Assembly: GCA_937934295.1 (NCBI GenBank)
Contig: CALHAI010000013.1
Span: 5,865-69,864, forward strand
DNA from: an uncultured Blastocatellia bacterium
GTDB lineage: Bacteria > Acidobacteriota > Blastocatellia > HR10
DNA: 64,000 bases
Reading direction: 5' to 3'
Position numbers and translations under genes: made by a program. This document shows, piece by piece, positions 1-9,832 of the stretch; the stretch's first letter is position 1; each line of letters opens with the position of its first letter. The notes below the pieces were generated by a model. The model ran no database searches. It was not told the origin of the DNA and was given only the letters and a program-made list of their open reading frames with translations.

Positions 1-60
1 CAAGCATCGCGCCCACCCCCCACCGCCCCCGCACGCCGGTCCTCACTTCGCGTTTGGCCC

Positions 61-1773
61 TCATTGGGAACCTTCCGCCAAGATGCGCGTGAACCGTGTG
101 AGCACGCCGAAAAGGGAGGACTCCGGAGTCCCCGAGCGAATCGTCAAGAGCGCATCCAGAAGGATGAGGGAGCCAAGCGCTGAGGTGAGCGTCCCCTTCA
201 GGCCGGATGGATCGCTGACGCCGAATCCGGCCAGCAGTTGAGGGGGGAGGTTTTCGACCGCGCGCGCATCGGCGACAAGCGGCCGCAGCCACGGCAGGCG
301 AAAGGCCGCGCGCGTCGCATAAATGCCCAGCGCCACCGGCGACGGTCGCTCGCGCATCCACTGCGCGAATTCCGGCGTGCGCCCGAGGACTCGACCGCGT
401 TCGCGCTCCTCCAGAAGTTGCTGCACGCGTTCGGGGCGAGCGACGATGGCTTCCGCCGTGGTGACCGCGATCGACGCGTCATCCGTGAGGGGGTAGATCG
501 TGTACGACTTGTCGGTGATGGGGCGCTGCCCCTGTCGCGCAGCGACTTTCTCTAAAATGGTGCGCAGAAGATCGGGATTGCGCACGGAGAAGATGAGAGC
601 GCGCTCGGTAGGCTCGACCGACGACGACCACGCGATGGCCAGCTCGGTCCCAAGCGCGGCCAACAATTCGCCTTTGATGCGGAACCCAAGCTGCGTCTCC
701 AACAGCGCGATAGCCGCTTCCGGCGATTGCCCGCCGAGTTGAGCCGTGAGGAGTGGTCCGAGCGTTGCCACGGTGGCCTCGTAGAGGCGAATGAGATCCA
801 GCCCCGCGAAGATCACGAGCGCCGTGTCTTCAGGGATCGCATGCGCCGTCACGAATTCGATGGCCGGCAGCTCCGTCAAAGCCGCGATCATCGCGTTGTG
901 TCCTCGCTCAATGAGCACGCACTGCTCTTCGCGAACCACGCTCCTCTCGAACGCGAGCGAAAAGCCCGCAGCTTTGAAGGCCGAGAGCCCGATGAACTGG
1001 AGGATTGGGACCACAAGCGAGATCGAACCACTTGCCGGGCGCGCCGTCAATCGGCTGATCAGATACGGCGTGATCCGTTCGAGATTGAGGAAGGCGAAAG
1101 CCGTTCCTCCAGCGCATCGTTCGCGAAGGAGACGAAAGCTGGACGATTCCGCGAGCTTCGGTCTCGTCGCCTGATCCTCCGTCAGGCGTTCAATGGACAT
1201 CGTCGGCCCGAAAAGGAGCACGCGGCCGAACCGAGCGAATCCGAGGGGCTCGCCGTGGAGAAGTTGGCTCGCTTGCAGGATCGGGACAGATGGTCCCTTG
1301 CGCTGACGCACGGGGCCCAGGCGCCCCAGCGCCGCGCGCAGCCGTTCGACGGCGCGTGCCGCACGCTCATTTGATGCCGCCTCTGCGAGCACAACGGCCC
1401 GAAGAGGGTCTGTGGCTTCCGGGATGACGAGCGCATATCGAACGCCCGCACCGAGAGCGGCCGCGCTGGAGAGATCGGGTTGATCCGCAAGCTCACGAAG
1501 ATAGTGAGCCAGAGGGAGCGAAGTCCCGATGACGGCGCGCGCCAGTGCACTCTGTCGCACGCCTTCTCGGAACGTCGAGAGATCGCGAAGGAAGACGGCG
1601 GCCACCACGTCTTGAGGGATGAGCGATTCGAGCATCATTCCTTGTGGCTTCAGGGGCCGCGCGCGCTGAGGACGTAGCGAGGCACTCGCCGACTCCTCGC
1701 GCGCGAGTCCTGTCGTCGGCCCGAGCGCAAAGAGCCCCACCAAAAATCCGCTCCAGAAGATCCGCGCCTTCAT
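61..1773 (-). CDS. hypothetical secreted protein (start trimmed to MKARIF...)
   Basis: Long ORF. An internal ATG at 1771-1773 is preceded by a GGAGG RBS and followed by a hydrophobic signal-peptide-like N-terminus (MKARIFWSGFLVGLFALG). No recognisable catalytic motif. Confidence 0.45.
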   Translation of the reverse strand: MKARIFWSGFLVGLFALGPTTGLAREESASASLRPQRARPLKPQGMMLESLIPQDVVAAVFLRDLSTFREGVRQSALARAVIGTSLPLAHYLRELADQPDLSSAAALGAGVRYALVIPEATDPLRAVVLAEAASNERAARAVERLRAALGRLGPVRQRKGPSVPILQASQLLHGEPLGFARFGRVLLFGPTMSIERLTEDQATRPKLAESSSFRLLRERCAGGTAFAFLNLERITPYLISRLTARPASGSISLVVPILQFIGLSAFKAAGFSLAFERSVVREEQCVLIERGHNAMIAALTELPAIEFVTAHAIPEDTALVIFAGLDLIRLYEATVATLGPLLTAQLGGQSPEAAIALLETQLGFRIKGELLAALGTELAIAWSSSVEPTERALIFSVRNPDLLRTILEKVAARQGQRPITDKSYTIYPLTDDASIAVTTAEAIVARPERVQQLLEERERGRVLGRTPEFAQWMRERPSPVALGIYATRAAFRLPWLRPLVADARAVENLPPQLLAGFGVSDPSGLKGTLTSALGSLILLDALLTIRSGTPESSLFGVLTRFTRILAEGSQ

Positions 1774-1977
1774 GACCTCCCCCCTTGGTGTACCCATCGA
1801 ATTATACCATGCCACCGATTGAGCGCCCACTCGCTGCACGTCCACGCCGAGGGAAAAGCCGTAAGAGGTCCACCGGATGAAGCCCTTGCTCTGCCCATAA
1901 GCCCACGCGCGCACGAGCCTCCGCATCGAACTCCAGGAGATGCGACTTCATCTCAAGGCCGAGAAGGGGGACTCGTC

Positions 1978-3297
1978 TCAAGGACGGCGAATCCCGTAAC
2001 GTTTCATCTTCCGCCAGAGGGTCGTGCGATTCATGCCGAGCAATTCCGCGCAGCGCGTGATCTCCCAATTGCACGCTTCTAAGGCGGCGCGTAATCGGAG
2101 GGGCTCGCTGATGATCTCAGCGGGCACCGGGTGTTCGAGCCAGGGTTCACGAAGGCCGGGTGGCAGATCCGTAGCGTGGATCGTCGTCCCTTCGCAGACG
2201 ATGGCGGCATATTCGAGGGCGTTCTTCAGTTCGCGCACATTGCCGGGCCATCGGTAGCGCATCATCGCGCGCAGCGCATCGTGACCGAGGCGCAACGCCC
2301 GACCGGTGGCGCACCGCAGCTTCTCCAGAAAATGTTCGGCCAGAAGCGGGAGATCCTCCATGCGCTCCCGTAAGGGGGGCAAGAAGATCGGGACGACGTT
2401 GAGCCGGAAGAAGAGATCCTCTCGAAATCGGCGTTCGGCGACGGCGGCGCGCAAGTCTTTGTTGGTCGCCGCGATGATCCGGACATCCACATGGCGCGTT
2501 CGCGGATCGCCCAGACGTTCGAATTCTCCCGTCTCGAGGACTCGCAAGAGCTTGGCTTGAACGGCCGGACCCAACTCCCCAACTTCGTCCAGAAAGAGCG
2601 TCCCCCCGTTGGCCAGCTCGATGCGTCCCGGTTTATCGGAGACGGCGTCGGTGAACGCCCCACGCACATGCCCGAACAACTCGTCCTCCACCAAAGGATC
2701 GGGCAAAGCCGCGCAGTTCACTCTGATGAATGGGCCTTCGGCTCGCGGGCTGGTGAAATGAAGGGCTTCGGCGACCAGCTCCTTCCCCGTGCCAGTCTCT
2801 CCTTGGATCAAAACTGTGGCCGTCGAATCCTTGAGCAGCTCGATGAGCCGATAGACTTGCTGCATCGCGCGGCTTTTGCCGATGAGGCGGCCAAAGCGCT
2901 CTGGCTCGCGGAGCTGCCGCTCCAACTCGCGCAATGCGGTCACGTCGCGAAGGATGCGCAAGGCGCCCGTGATAGCTCCCCTCGAATCGCGCAGGGTGAC
3001 CGTATGGATGCGGACGATGCGCGTTCGTCCATCTTTAGTCCGAATCGTCGTCTCGAACTCCTCGCACGGGCGCCCGGTCGTGAAGAGTGCCATCACATCG
3101 CAATCCTCTTTACAATACCGACCGGCGCAGATCTCAAAGCACCGAGCGTTGAGGGCTTCTTCTTTCCGGTATCCGGTGATGCGGGCGGCCGCTTCATTGA
3201 AGCCGACGATCCAGAAGTCCCGATCAATGATCATCACGCCATCCTCCATGGCGTCGAGGATGGCCCAGAGGTGATCCTTTTGGTGCTGCCCGAACAT
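1978..3297 (-). CDS. PAS-domain sigma-54-dependent transcriptional activator (NtrC-family AAA+ with C-terminal Fis-type HTH, no receiver domain)
   Basis: N-terminal PAS-like region. Walker A GETGTGKE. GAFTDA and ESELFGH-like sigma-54 interaction motifs. C-terminal HTH (TRCAELLGMNRTTLWRKMKRYGI). AGGGAGGA RBS in front of the ATG at 3297. Confidence 0.8.
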   Translation of the reverse strand: MFGQHQKDHLWAILDAMEDGVMIIDRDFWIVGFNEAAARITGYRKEEALNARCFEICAGRYCKEDCDVMALFTTGRPCEEFETTIRTKDGRTRIVRIHTVTLRDSRGAITGALRILRDVTALRELERQLREPERFGRLIGKSRAMQQVYRLIELLKDSTATVLIQGETGTGKELVAEALHFTSPRAEGPFIRVNCAALPDPLVEDELFGHVRGAFTDAVSDKPGRIELANGGTLFLDEVGELGPAVQAKLLRVLETGEFERLGDPRTRHVDVRIIAATNKDLRAAVAERRFREDLFFRLNVVPIFLPPLRERMEDLPLLAEHFLEKLRCATGRALRLGHDALRAMMRYRWPGNVRELKNALEYAAIVCEGTTIHATDLPPGLREPWLEHPVPAEIISEPLRLRAALEACNWEITRCAELLGMNRTTLWRKMKRYGIRRP

Positions 3298-3865
3298 CCC
3301 GTCCTCCCTGCATGTGCGCGCGATCAATTTTAGGTCGGATATACATGGCGCGACAAGGTGCCCTCGCTCGCGCCGCGAACGCGTTCGCGCTCAGCAGCGA
3401 GGCCGATAGCTCCTCACCCTCGTTGAGCCTGTTGGTGCGCGCGCGCCACATGCGCGATGACGCGCTCGCTCAGATCGAGCGCGTAGACGCAAAGGGCGCG
3501 TTCGTCAGCCAGATCAAGCGACGGAGAAACTCCTCGGCCGGCGTGCCGCTCCGCTCGGCTTCCTGCGCAGCGCGCGAGCGCTCGTTGCTCCACGAACAGG
3601 CGCGCCAGGGTCCTCGGGAAGGACGATCCGCGGCAGCCGTCGGGATGCCCAGGTAGGCACGCGTCCAGATCCCCAGCTCGCCAGAAGCCCCAGCGCGAGC
3701 GCGAGGCCGAGACATCGCCGTCAGATGCGTGTGTGACGACAGCTCGCGTCGAGGGAGCTTAGAGATCGCCGTCGGAGAAGTCAAGCGTGGTGTTGTTCGA
3801 GCCGCACAGTTCGTTTAAAATTGGCCTTCTTGATGGTGATGCGGGATCGTACGTGAAAGGCAGAT

Positions 3866-4285
3866 ATGAGGAAGGTCGCGATCATCGTGTCCAATGGCAG
3901 CTTCAACAATCTCTTTCAAGTGAGCACGCTCATTCGCGCGTTGACGGCATCGCTGGAGACCTCCGTGCGCGTCTTCTTTCGCGACGAAGCCGTCGTGAAA
4001 GTCACCCGAGCGCGCATCAACGAGCTGAATCTCTCGGACCTTGTTCGCCCGATGGAGTCGGAGATCGTGCGACGGCTTCGGGAAGCTGACTTCGTGGATT
4101 TGCACTCCTTTCTACGTGATTCCAAAGAACATGGCGATGACGTGAAACTCTTCGCCTGCACGTCCTCGATGTACATGTACGGCGTCCGGGAGGAGGATTT
4201 GATCCCGGAGATTGACAGCGCGCGCACGCTCACGGACTTCCTCCTGGAAGACGTGAGCGATGCGGAGAGACTCTTCACGTTCTGA
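3866..4285 (+). CDS. DsrE/DsrF-like (sulfur-relay fold) family protein
   Basis: 139 aa. Begins VAIIVSNGSFNN and contains ACTSSMY, which resembles DsrE/TusD-like small proteins. Assignment is from motif recall only. Confidence 0.35.
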   Translation: MRKVAIIVSNGSFNNLFQVSTLIRALTASLETSVRVFFRDEAVVKVTRARINELNLSDLVRPMESEIVRRLREADFVDLHSFLRDSKEHGDDVKLFACTSSMYMYGVREEDLIPEIDSARTLTDFLLEDVSDAERLFTF

Positions 4286-4291
4286 CTGGCG

Positions 4292-5158
4292 ATGAACGGA
4301 GCGAAGAAGAGCTTTCGCATCGGAGATCTGGTGCTCGGAGGGATGGATCTGCTCGTCATCGCCGGGCCCTGCGTCATCGAGAGCGAGGAGCATGCCCTTC
4401 GGATGGCCGAGCATCTGGCGCGCATTGTGGGGCGGCTGGGGCTTCCCTACATCTTCAAGGCCTCCTACGACAAGGCGAATCGGTCTTCGATCCATTCCTT
4501 TCGCGGGCCGGGGTTGGAAGCCGGGTTGAAGATTCTGGCACGGATCAAGCGCGAGGTGGGCGTGCCCATCCTCACCGATGTGCATGAGAGCGCTCACGTC
4601 GGACCCGTGAGCGAGGTCGTAGACGTCCTGCAAATTCCGGCCTTCCTCTCGCGGCAGACGGATTTGATCGTCGCCGCGGCGCGGAGTGGGCGCGCCATCA
4701 ACATCAAGAAGGGGCAATTTCTGGCGCCGTGGGACATGAAGTACGTGATCGAGAAGGCGACCACTGTCGGCTGCGAGCGCATCCTGGTGACGGAGCGGGG
4801 CACGACCTTCGGCTACAACAATCTCGTCGTGGATATGCGTTCACTGCCGATCCTGCGGACGTTCGGGTATCCGGTCATCTTGGACGTCACGCACAGCGTG
4901 CAGTTGCCGGGAGGAGCGGGCGGCCGCAGCTCCGGGCAGTCGGAGTTCATCGAACCCTTAGCGCGCGCAGGGGTCGCCTGCGGCGTGGATGGCGTCTTCA
5001 TGGAGGTGCACGATCAACCGGAGCGCGCGCTCTCGGATGGTCCGAATTCGCTCCCCTTGGAGCGTGTGGCTTCGTTGCTTGCCGTGCTCAAGGCGATTCA
5101 TCAGCTCGTTCGTTCCATCGAGGCGTTGCCCGGAGATGAGACGACGGTGGCCGCATAA
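4292..5158 (+). CDS. kdsA: 3-deoxy-8-phosphooctulonate (KDO8P) synthase
   Basis: LLVIAGPCVIESEEHALRMAEHLARI...LPYIFKASYDKANRSS...VPILTDVHE is a DAHP/KDO8P synthase fold with KdsA-specific motifs. Confidence 0.85.
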   Translation: MNGAKKSFRIGDLVLGGMDLLVIAGPCVIESEEHALRMAEHLARIVGRLGLPYIFKASYDKANRSSIHSFRGPGLEAGLKILARIKREVGVPILTDVHESAHVGPVSEVVDVLQIPAFLSRQTDLIVAAARSGRAINIKKGQFLAPWDMKYVIEKATTVGCERILVTERGTTFGYNNLVVDMRSLPILRTFGYPVILDVTHSVQLPGGAGGRSSGQSEFIEPLARAGVACGVDGVFMEVHDQPERALSDGPNSLPLERVASLLAVLKAIHQLVRSIEALPGDETTVAA

Positions 5159-7469
5159 GCTTGGGATTGGGCTTCTCGCGCTTTTCGGAGTGCCGGGGCG
5201 CTCTTTCGCGCAAGAGCCTGCGGTGCCAGCCCATTTGCTCTTGCGGGTGGAGCGCTATGAGGGGCATGTGAGCCTCATGCCGACCGAAGGACGCGCGGCC
5301 GTACAGATGACGCTCACGGTCACGAATCCCTCGTCGCAGGCCGTGGACCGCATCACGCTGCGCTTGGGGGCGATCGCGGAGGTCACGGAGATTCGCCTTG
5401 AGGGGACGCCGCTCTCTTTCACCTCGCGCAAGGATGAGATGACGGGGCTTGTCGGCTATGCCCTCGCGCTTCCGGAACCGGTGCGCCCCGGGCAGTCGGT
5501 TCGAATCTCGCTCACCTATGGTGTGCACGCGGAGGAGGCGACGCCGCGTGCGGCGTTGACGCCGGAGGAATGCGTGCTCCTGCCCGAGAGCCTCTGGCTG
5601 CCGATGATTCATACACCGTTTCAGATCGAATACCGCGTAGACCTGTCGCCCTTCACCTTGAGCATCGAGAGCCCGAGCGCGCTCTTTGGTCTCTCTTCGG
5701 GGCGATTTGTCACGGAGAGGGTGGAGGGGGGGAAGCGCCTGGTGACGTTCGAGGAGCCGATGCGCTCGCAGCCCGTCTTCATCGCGCGCGATTTCGAACG
5801 GGTCAGGGAGGATCGTGAAGGGGTGGAATTTTACGTGCCACGCGGATTCGCCGTGCTTCGCCCGGGGATGCTCGAACGCCTGCGGGCGGAGATCGTTCGC
5901 CTTCGCGAGTTCTACACGGCGTTCTTCGGCGTCCCCCTGGAGCGGACGATTCGAGTGATCGCTTCGAGCGAGGTCCCGGCCTATGGCGCACCCGGGCTGC
6001 TGATCTTCGACGAGCGCATCTTCGCTCGCGATGTGCTCGATGAGGACGTGCTCTTCTTCTTGGCCGCTCAAGTGGCGCGGCTGTGGATGGGTGCCCGCGT
6101 GGACATTCGAGGCGTTGGACATGCCGTGCTGGACCAAGGGATGCCGAGCTATCTCGCTTTCCTCTATCTGGAGCAGCGGTTTGGGGCATCCGGATGGAAG
6201 CGGGCGATCGAGCGCTTCCGGCGCGCTTACGCGACGTTGGTGAGTGGGGGGAGCGCCTACGATGTCCCGTTGCTGCGGCAGACGCTGTTGGCGCGTCAGT
6301 ATTACACGAGCGTCTTCAACAAGACGCCAATGGTGATGCGGCTGTTGGCGCGCGCGCTTGGACCTGAGCGCTTTCATGCATTCGTGCGCGAGTTGTTCGC
6401 GCGTCCGGACAGGAGCCTCGCGTTTGAGGATTTCCAGCGCGGGTGTGTGGCGCTCGATGCGTCGGAAGTCGTGAGGGGCATCTTCGATCAGTGGTTCGCC
6501 GAGGTCGTGCTCCCGGATTTCGCCGTGGGGAAGCCCGTGGCGGAAGGGGAGATGTGGACCGTTCAGGTGGCGAATTTCGGCAGCGGCGAGGCGACCGTTG
6601 ACGTGGAGGTGCTCACGGCTCAGGGGAACCGTCTGCGGCAATCGGTGCGCGTTGAAGCGCAAGGGTACGGGCAAGTGCGGTTTCGCGAGGAGCCCGTGTC
6701 CGTCACGGTGGATCCGGATCGGCTTTATCTTCAGGCCGATTACACGAACGATACATGGCCTCGACGTCCCGCTGTGGATCGGCTCGTGAGCCAGGGGACG
6801 CTGGCCTTGGTGCAAGGGAGGGTCCAAGAGGCGGAAGCGACGTTGCGTCAAGCGCTCGCGCAAGACCCGGATCGTCCTCTCGCGCAGGCGGCGCTGGCTC
6901 GGGCGCTCGCGCTTTTAGGGAAAGGGGATGAGGCCGAGGGATATGTGCAGCAGGCGCTTGCTCAGGAGCCGCTGGCACTCGGAGGGTACGCGTGGGCGCA
7001 GATGGCGCTTGGCGAGATCGCCCTGGCGCGCGGGCAACCGGCGCTGGCGGTCGAGCATTTTCGCCAGGCGAGTTTCGCCTTCGCCGAGGACATCTCGCTG
7101 CTCATGGCTCGCGATGCGCTCATTCGCGCCGAGAGTGCCGCGCAGAAGCTTCCGGCGGTCGAACGTTCCGCTCAGGAGTTCATTCGTCAACTCGACAGCG
7201 CGCTCAGCACTGGACGACCGGCCGCTGTGCGGGAGCTCATCACCCCGCAGAATCTGAAGCGATTCATCACGGGGGCGTCTTTCCTCAAGGAATGGAAGAC
7301 GGAGATCCTGCGCGCGGAGGCCCTCGATCGAAATCGCGTCCTGGTTGACGCTCGGATCGTGGCGACGACGATCGGCGGGAAGCAAACGTCGTCGCGCGCC
7401 CTCTATGTCTTGCGGCGGAGTGACGGACGTTGGACCTTGTATGACATCCCCGTTTTCCTCGAACGCTGA
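5136..7469 (+). CDS. M1-aminopeptidase-like secreted protein with substituted zinc/catalytic residues and C-terminal TPR repeats (pseudopeptidase)
   Basis: ATG at 5136 behind GGAG, overlapping the kdsA 3' end. Signal peptide MRRRWPHKLGIGLLALFGVPGRSFA. YGAPGLLIFDE...FLAAQVARLWMG aligns to the M1 GAMEN...HEXXHXW region with H->A, E->Q, H->R. LDQG replaces the downstream NEG(F) glutamate. C-terminal TPR-like repeats are present (ALAQDPDRPLAQAALARALALLGKGDEA...). Confidence 0.5.
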   Translation: MRRRWPHKLGIGLLALFGVPGRSFAQEPAVPAHLLLRVERYEGHVSLMPTEGRAAVQMTLTVTNPSSQAVDRITLRLGAIAEVTEIRLEGTPLSFTSRKDEMTGLVGYALALPEPVRPGQSVRISLTYGVHAEEATPRAALTPEECVLLPESLWLPMIHTPFQIEYRVDLSPFTLSIESPSALFGLSSGRFVTERVEGGKRLVTFEEPMRSQPVFIARDFERVREDREGVEFYVPRGFAVLRPGMLERLRAEIVRLREFYTAFFGVPLERTIRVIASSEVPAYGAPGLLIFDERIFARDVLDEDVLFFLAAQVARLWMGARVDIRGVGHAVLDQGMPSYLAFLYLEQRFGASGWKRAIERFRRAYATLVSGGSAYDVPLLRQTLLARQYYTSVFNKTPMVMRLLARALGPERFHAFVRELFARPDRSLAFEDFQRGCVALDASEVVRGIFDQWFAEVVLPDFAVGKPVAEGEMWTVQVANFGSGEATVDVEVLTAQGNRLRQSVRVEAQGYGQVRFREEPVSVTVDPDRLYLQADYTNDTWPRRPAVDRLVSQGTLALVQGRVQEAEATLRQALAQDPDRPLAQAALARALALLGKGDEAEGYVQQALAQEPLALGGYAWAQMALGEIALARGQPALAVEHFRQASFAFAEDISLLMARDALIRAESAAQKLPAVERSAQEFIRQLDSALSTGRPAAVRELITPQNLKRFITGASFLKEWKTEILRAEALDRNRVLVDARIVATTIGGKQTSSRALYVLRRSDGRWTLYDIPVFLER

Positions 7470-7487
7470 TGGCGCGGAGGGAGAGCG

Positions 7488-8045
7488 ATGGATGAGGAGG
7501 TGAAACGTCGTGCGCAAGCTGTTCGCGTGCTCCTCATGGATTGCGACGGAGTGCTCACGGACGGGCGCATCATCCTGCTACCCGACAGCGATGACATCAA
7601 GCTCTTCGATGCGCACGATGGTCAAGGGTTGAAGCTCGCCGCGCGCGCCGGACTCCGCACAGGGGTGATCACGATCCGACATTCGCGCACGCTGGAGCGG
7701 CGCGCGGCCGAAGTCGCCATACACTATCTGCACCAAGGTGTCGAACGCAAGCTCGAAGCTTACGAGCGCATCCTTCGTGAGGAAGGCGCGCGCGATGAAG
7801 AGGTCGCCTACATCGGGGATGATCTCCCCGATCTCCCCCTGATGCGGCGCGTGGGCTTAGCCGTGGCCGTCGCCAATGCCGTCGAGGATGTCAAGCGCGC
7901 GGCGCACTATGTGACTCGATGCGCGGGCGGGCGCGGTGCCGTGCGCGAGACGATCGAGTTGATCCTCAAAGCGCAAGGGAAGTGGGAGCGCGTGCTCGCC
8001 GACTATCTCGAAGCGTCGCCGCGCGAAGAGCGTTCGACGCCGTGA
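7488..8045 (+). CDS. kdsC: KDO 8-phosphate phosphatase (HAD family)
   Basis: VRVLLMDCDGVLTDGRIIL...DAHDGQGLKLAARAGLRTGVITIRHS...IGDDLPDLPLM has HAD motifs I-III in the KdsC arrangement. Confidence 0.8.
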   Translation: MDEEVKRRAQAVRVLLMDCDGVLTDGRIILLPDSDDIKLFDAHDGQGLKLAARAGLRTGVITIRHSRTLERRAAEVAIHYLHQGVERKLEAYERILREEGARDEEVAYIGDDLPDLPLMRRVGLAVAVANAVEDVKRAAHYVTRCAGGRGAVRETIELILKAQGKWERVLADYLEASPREERSTP

Positions 8046-8181
8046 GTCGCTCGTTCGAAGTCGGCGCGAGCCGTACCGTTCGTCTCGCGCTCTGGTGTCG
8101 TGCTGTCCCCCTCCCCTGCTGGTCTCAGTCCGCGCCAGTATGGTATAAAGGTGGGTGAGTTAGCATACTGGGGCTCCGGCG

Positions 8182-9039
8182 ATGGAGGTCGATCGCAAAC
8201 TCGTGGTTGACATCACCGAGGCCATTTTGGCCAAGCTGCGAGAACTGGATCTTCTTGAGGGACCGGGGCCGAGCGAGTGTTTCCGACAACAGCCTGATCT
8301 GTTACGCGATGCGGTCGCCCTGGGGGCGGAGCGTCTGGGCGGGAAACCGGAGCCGGCTGAGGCGGCGCGCGATTTGGCTCGATACATTGATCATACGCTG
8401 CTGCGGCCGGAAGCCACGCGCGAAGAGATCATTCGGGTGTGCGAGGAAGCGCTCGCGTACGGGTTCGCAGCTGTCGTGGTCAATCCTTATTGGGTGCGTG
8501 ACGTGGCGCGACGGCTCGAAGGCTCGGCGGTCAAACCGTGCACAGTCGTGGGATTCCCATTGGGGGCGACGTTCTCCGATGTGAAGGTCTACGAGACGCG
8601 ACGCGCGATCTTCGAGGGCGCGCGCGAGATTGACATGGTCATCAACATTGGGGCGTTGAAATCGGGACAGGATGAGGTCGTCGAAGGAGATATTCGCGCG
8701 GTGGTCGAGGCGTGTCACGAGTTCGGCGTCCTCTGCAAGGTCATCCTCGAGACGGCGCTGTTGACCGAGGAGGAGAAAGTGAAAGCGTGCGTCTTGGCCA
8801 AGCGCGCGGGAGCGGACTTCGTGAAGACGTCAACGGGATTCGGCAAGGGCGGGGCGACGATCGAGGACATCATGCTCATGCGGCGTGTGGTCGGGCCGGA
8901 GATGGGGGTGAAGGCGGCTGGCGGCATCCGCGATGCCGAGATGGCGCGCCGCTTGCTCCAGGCCGGTGCGACGCGTCTTGGTGCGAGCGCGGGCGTGAAG
9001 ATCGTGCAAGAGGCCGCTCAAAGGACGCGCGGAATGTGA
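8182..9039 (+). CDS. deoC: deoxyribose-phosphate aldolase with a roughly 65-aa N-terminal extension (start uncertain)
   Basis: [38 protein letters not shown]...[35 protein letters not shown] is a DeoC class I aldolase with the Schiff-base lysine context. Confidence 0.75.
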   Translation: MEVDRKLVVDITEAILAKLRELDLLEGPGPSECFRQQPDLLRDAVALGAERLGGKPEPAEAARDLARYIDHTLLRPEATREEIIRVCEEALAYGFAAVVVNPYWVRDVARRLEGSAVKPCTVVGFPLGATFSDVKVYETRRAIFEGAREIDMVINIGALKSGQDEVVEGDIRAVVEACHEFGVLCKVILETALLTEEEKVKACVLAKRAGADFVKTSTGFGKGGATIEDIMLMRRVVGPEMGVKAAGGIRDAEMARRLLQAGATRLGASAGVKIVQEAAQRTRGM

Positions 9040-9112
9040 GCGAGGCATCCGTAGGCAAGTCGTTTGACAGTCCGGGGGGGGGAGTCTAAGATAAGTCGCG
9101 TCGGACGAGCAC

Positions 9113-9832
9113 ATGTTCAGCGGGGTGGTCGGAAAATATGGCGGGATCGCGCGCGATGCCCTCGCCCGATGGTTGGCGGGCTATCGTTTGCATCCGAATC
9201 TGCTGACGGTCATCGGCCTGCTGGTTACGATCTGGGCCGCCGTGCTCTTCGCCCGCGGGCAGTTCATCGCCGCCGGATTGGTGCTCCTGGTCGCCGGAGC
9301 CTGCGACATCCTCGATGGCGCGCTGGCGCGTCTGACCCGTCAGGTGACGCGGTTTGGCGCCTTCTTGGATTCGGTCTTGGATCGCTATTCGGACGTCAGC
9401 ATCTTCCTTGGCCTGATCGTCTACTTCGCTCGTCCGACGCCTGATCAAAGCCTCTTCTACGTCGTGCTGACTGGGATCGCGATGATCGGCTCGCTCATGA
9501 CCAGCTATGTGCGAGCGCGGGCCGAATCGTTGATCGCTCATTGTCGCGTCGGGTTCCTGGAACGTCCGGAGCGACTGACGCTCCTGATCATCGGAGCCTT
9601 GACGGAGGTGCCTGGAGCGGAAGGGAGCTATTTCCTTCATAAGATGCCTGCCGTGCTGTGGCTCATCGCGATCCTCTCGCACTGGACGGTCGCGCAACGT
9701 GTCTACTACACATGGAAGATGACGCGGGCTCTCGACGCGGAGACGTTCTCCTCGGCGGAGGTGACGCCACGGGCCTTCTCCCAATCGGCCTTCGCGGGAG
9801 GAGCGGGCGTGGAGAAGGAGGCGGAGTTATGA
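9113..9832 (+). CDS. CDP-alcohol phosphatidyltransferase family protein
   Basis: DILDGALARLTRQVTRFGAFLDSVLDRYSDV matches the D(x)2DG(x)2AR...G(x)3D(x)3D signature. Multiple TM helices. Confidence 0.75.
   Translation: MFSGVVGKYGGIARDALARWLAGYRLHPNLLTVIGLLVTIWAAVLFARGQFIAAGLVLLVAGACDILDGALARLTRQVTRFGAFLDSVLDRYSDVSIFLGLIVYFARPTPDQSLFYVVLTGIAMIGSLMTSYVRARAESLIAHCRVGFLERPERLTLLIIGALTEVPGAEGSYFLHKMPAVLWLIAILSHWTVAQRVYYTWKMTRALDAETFSSAEVTPRAFSQSAFAGGAGVEKEAEL

Noticed and set aside
3818-3835. TGGCCTTCTTGATGG as a possible -24/-12 promoter next to the sigma-54 activator
   Set aside because: The GG-N10-GC spacing rule fails (GG at the -12 position).
4989-5135. N-terminal extension of the M1-like ORF into kdsA
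   Set aside because: The extension overlaps kdsA in another frame and has no RBS. The ATG at 5136 has GGAG upstream and begins a signal peptide.
5088-6863. 591-aa minus-strand ORF antisense to the M1-like gene
   Set aside because: Arg/Pro/His-rich low-complexity translation typical of antisense frames in high-GC DNA. It fully overlaps a motif-supported gene on the other strand.
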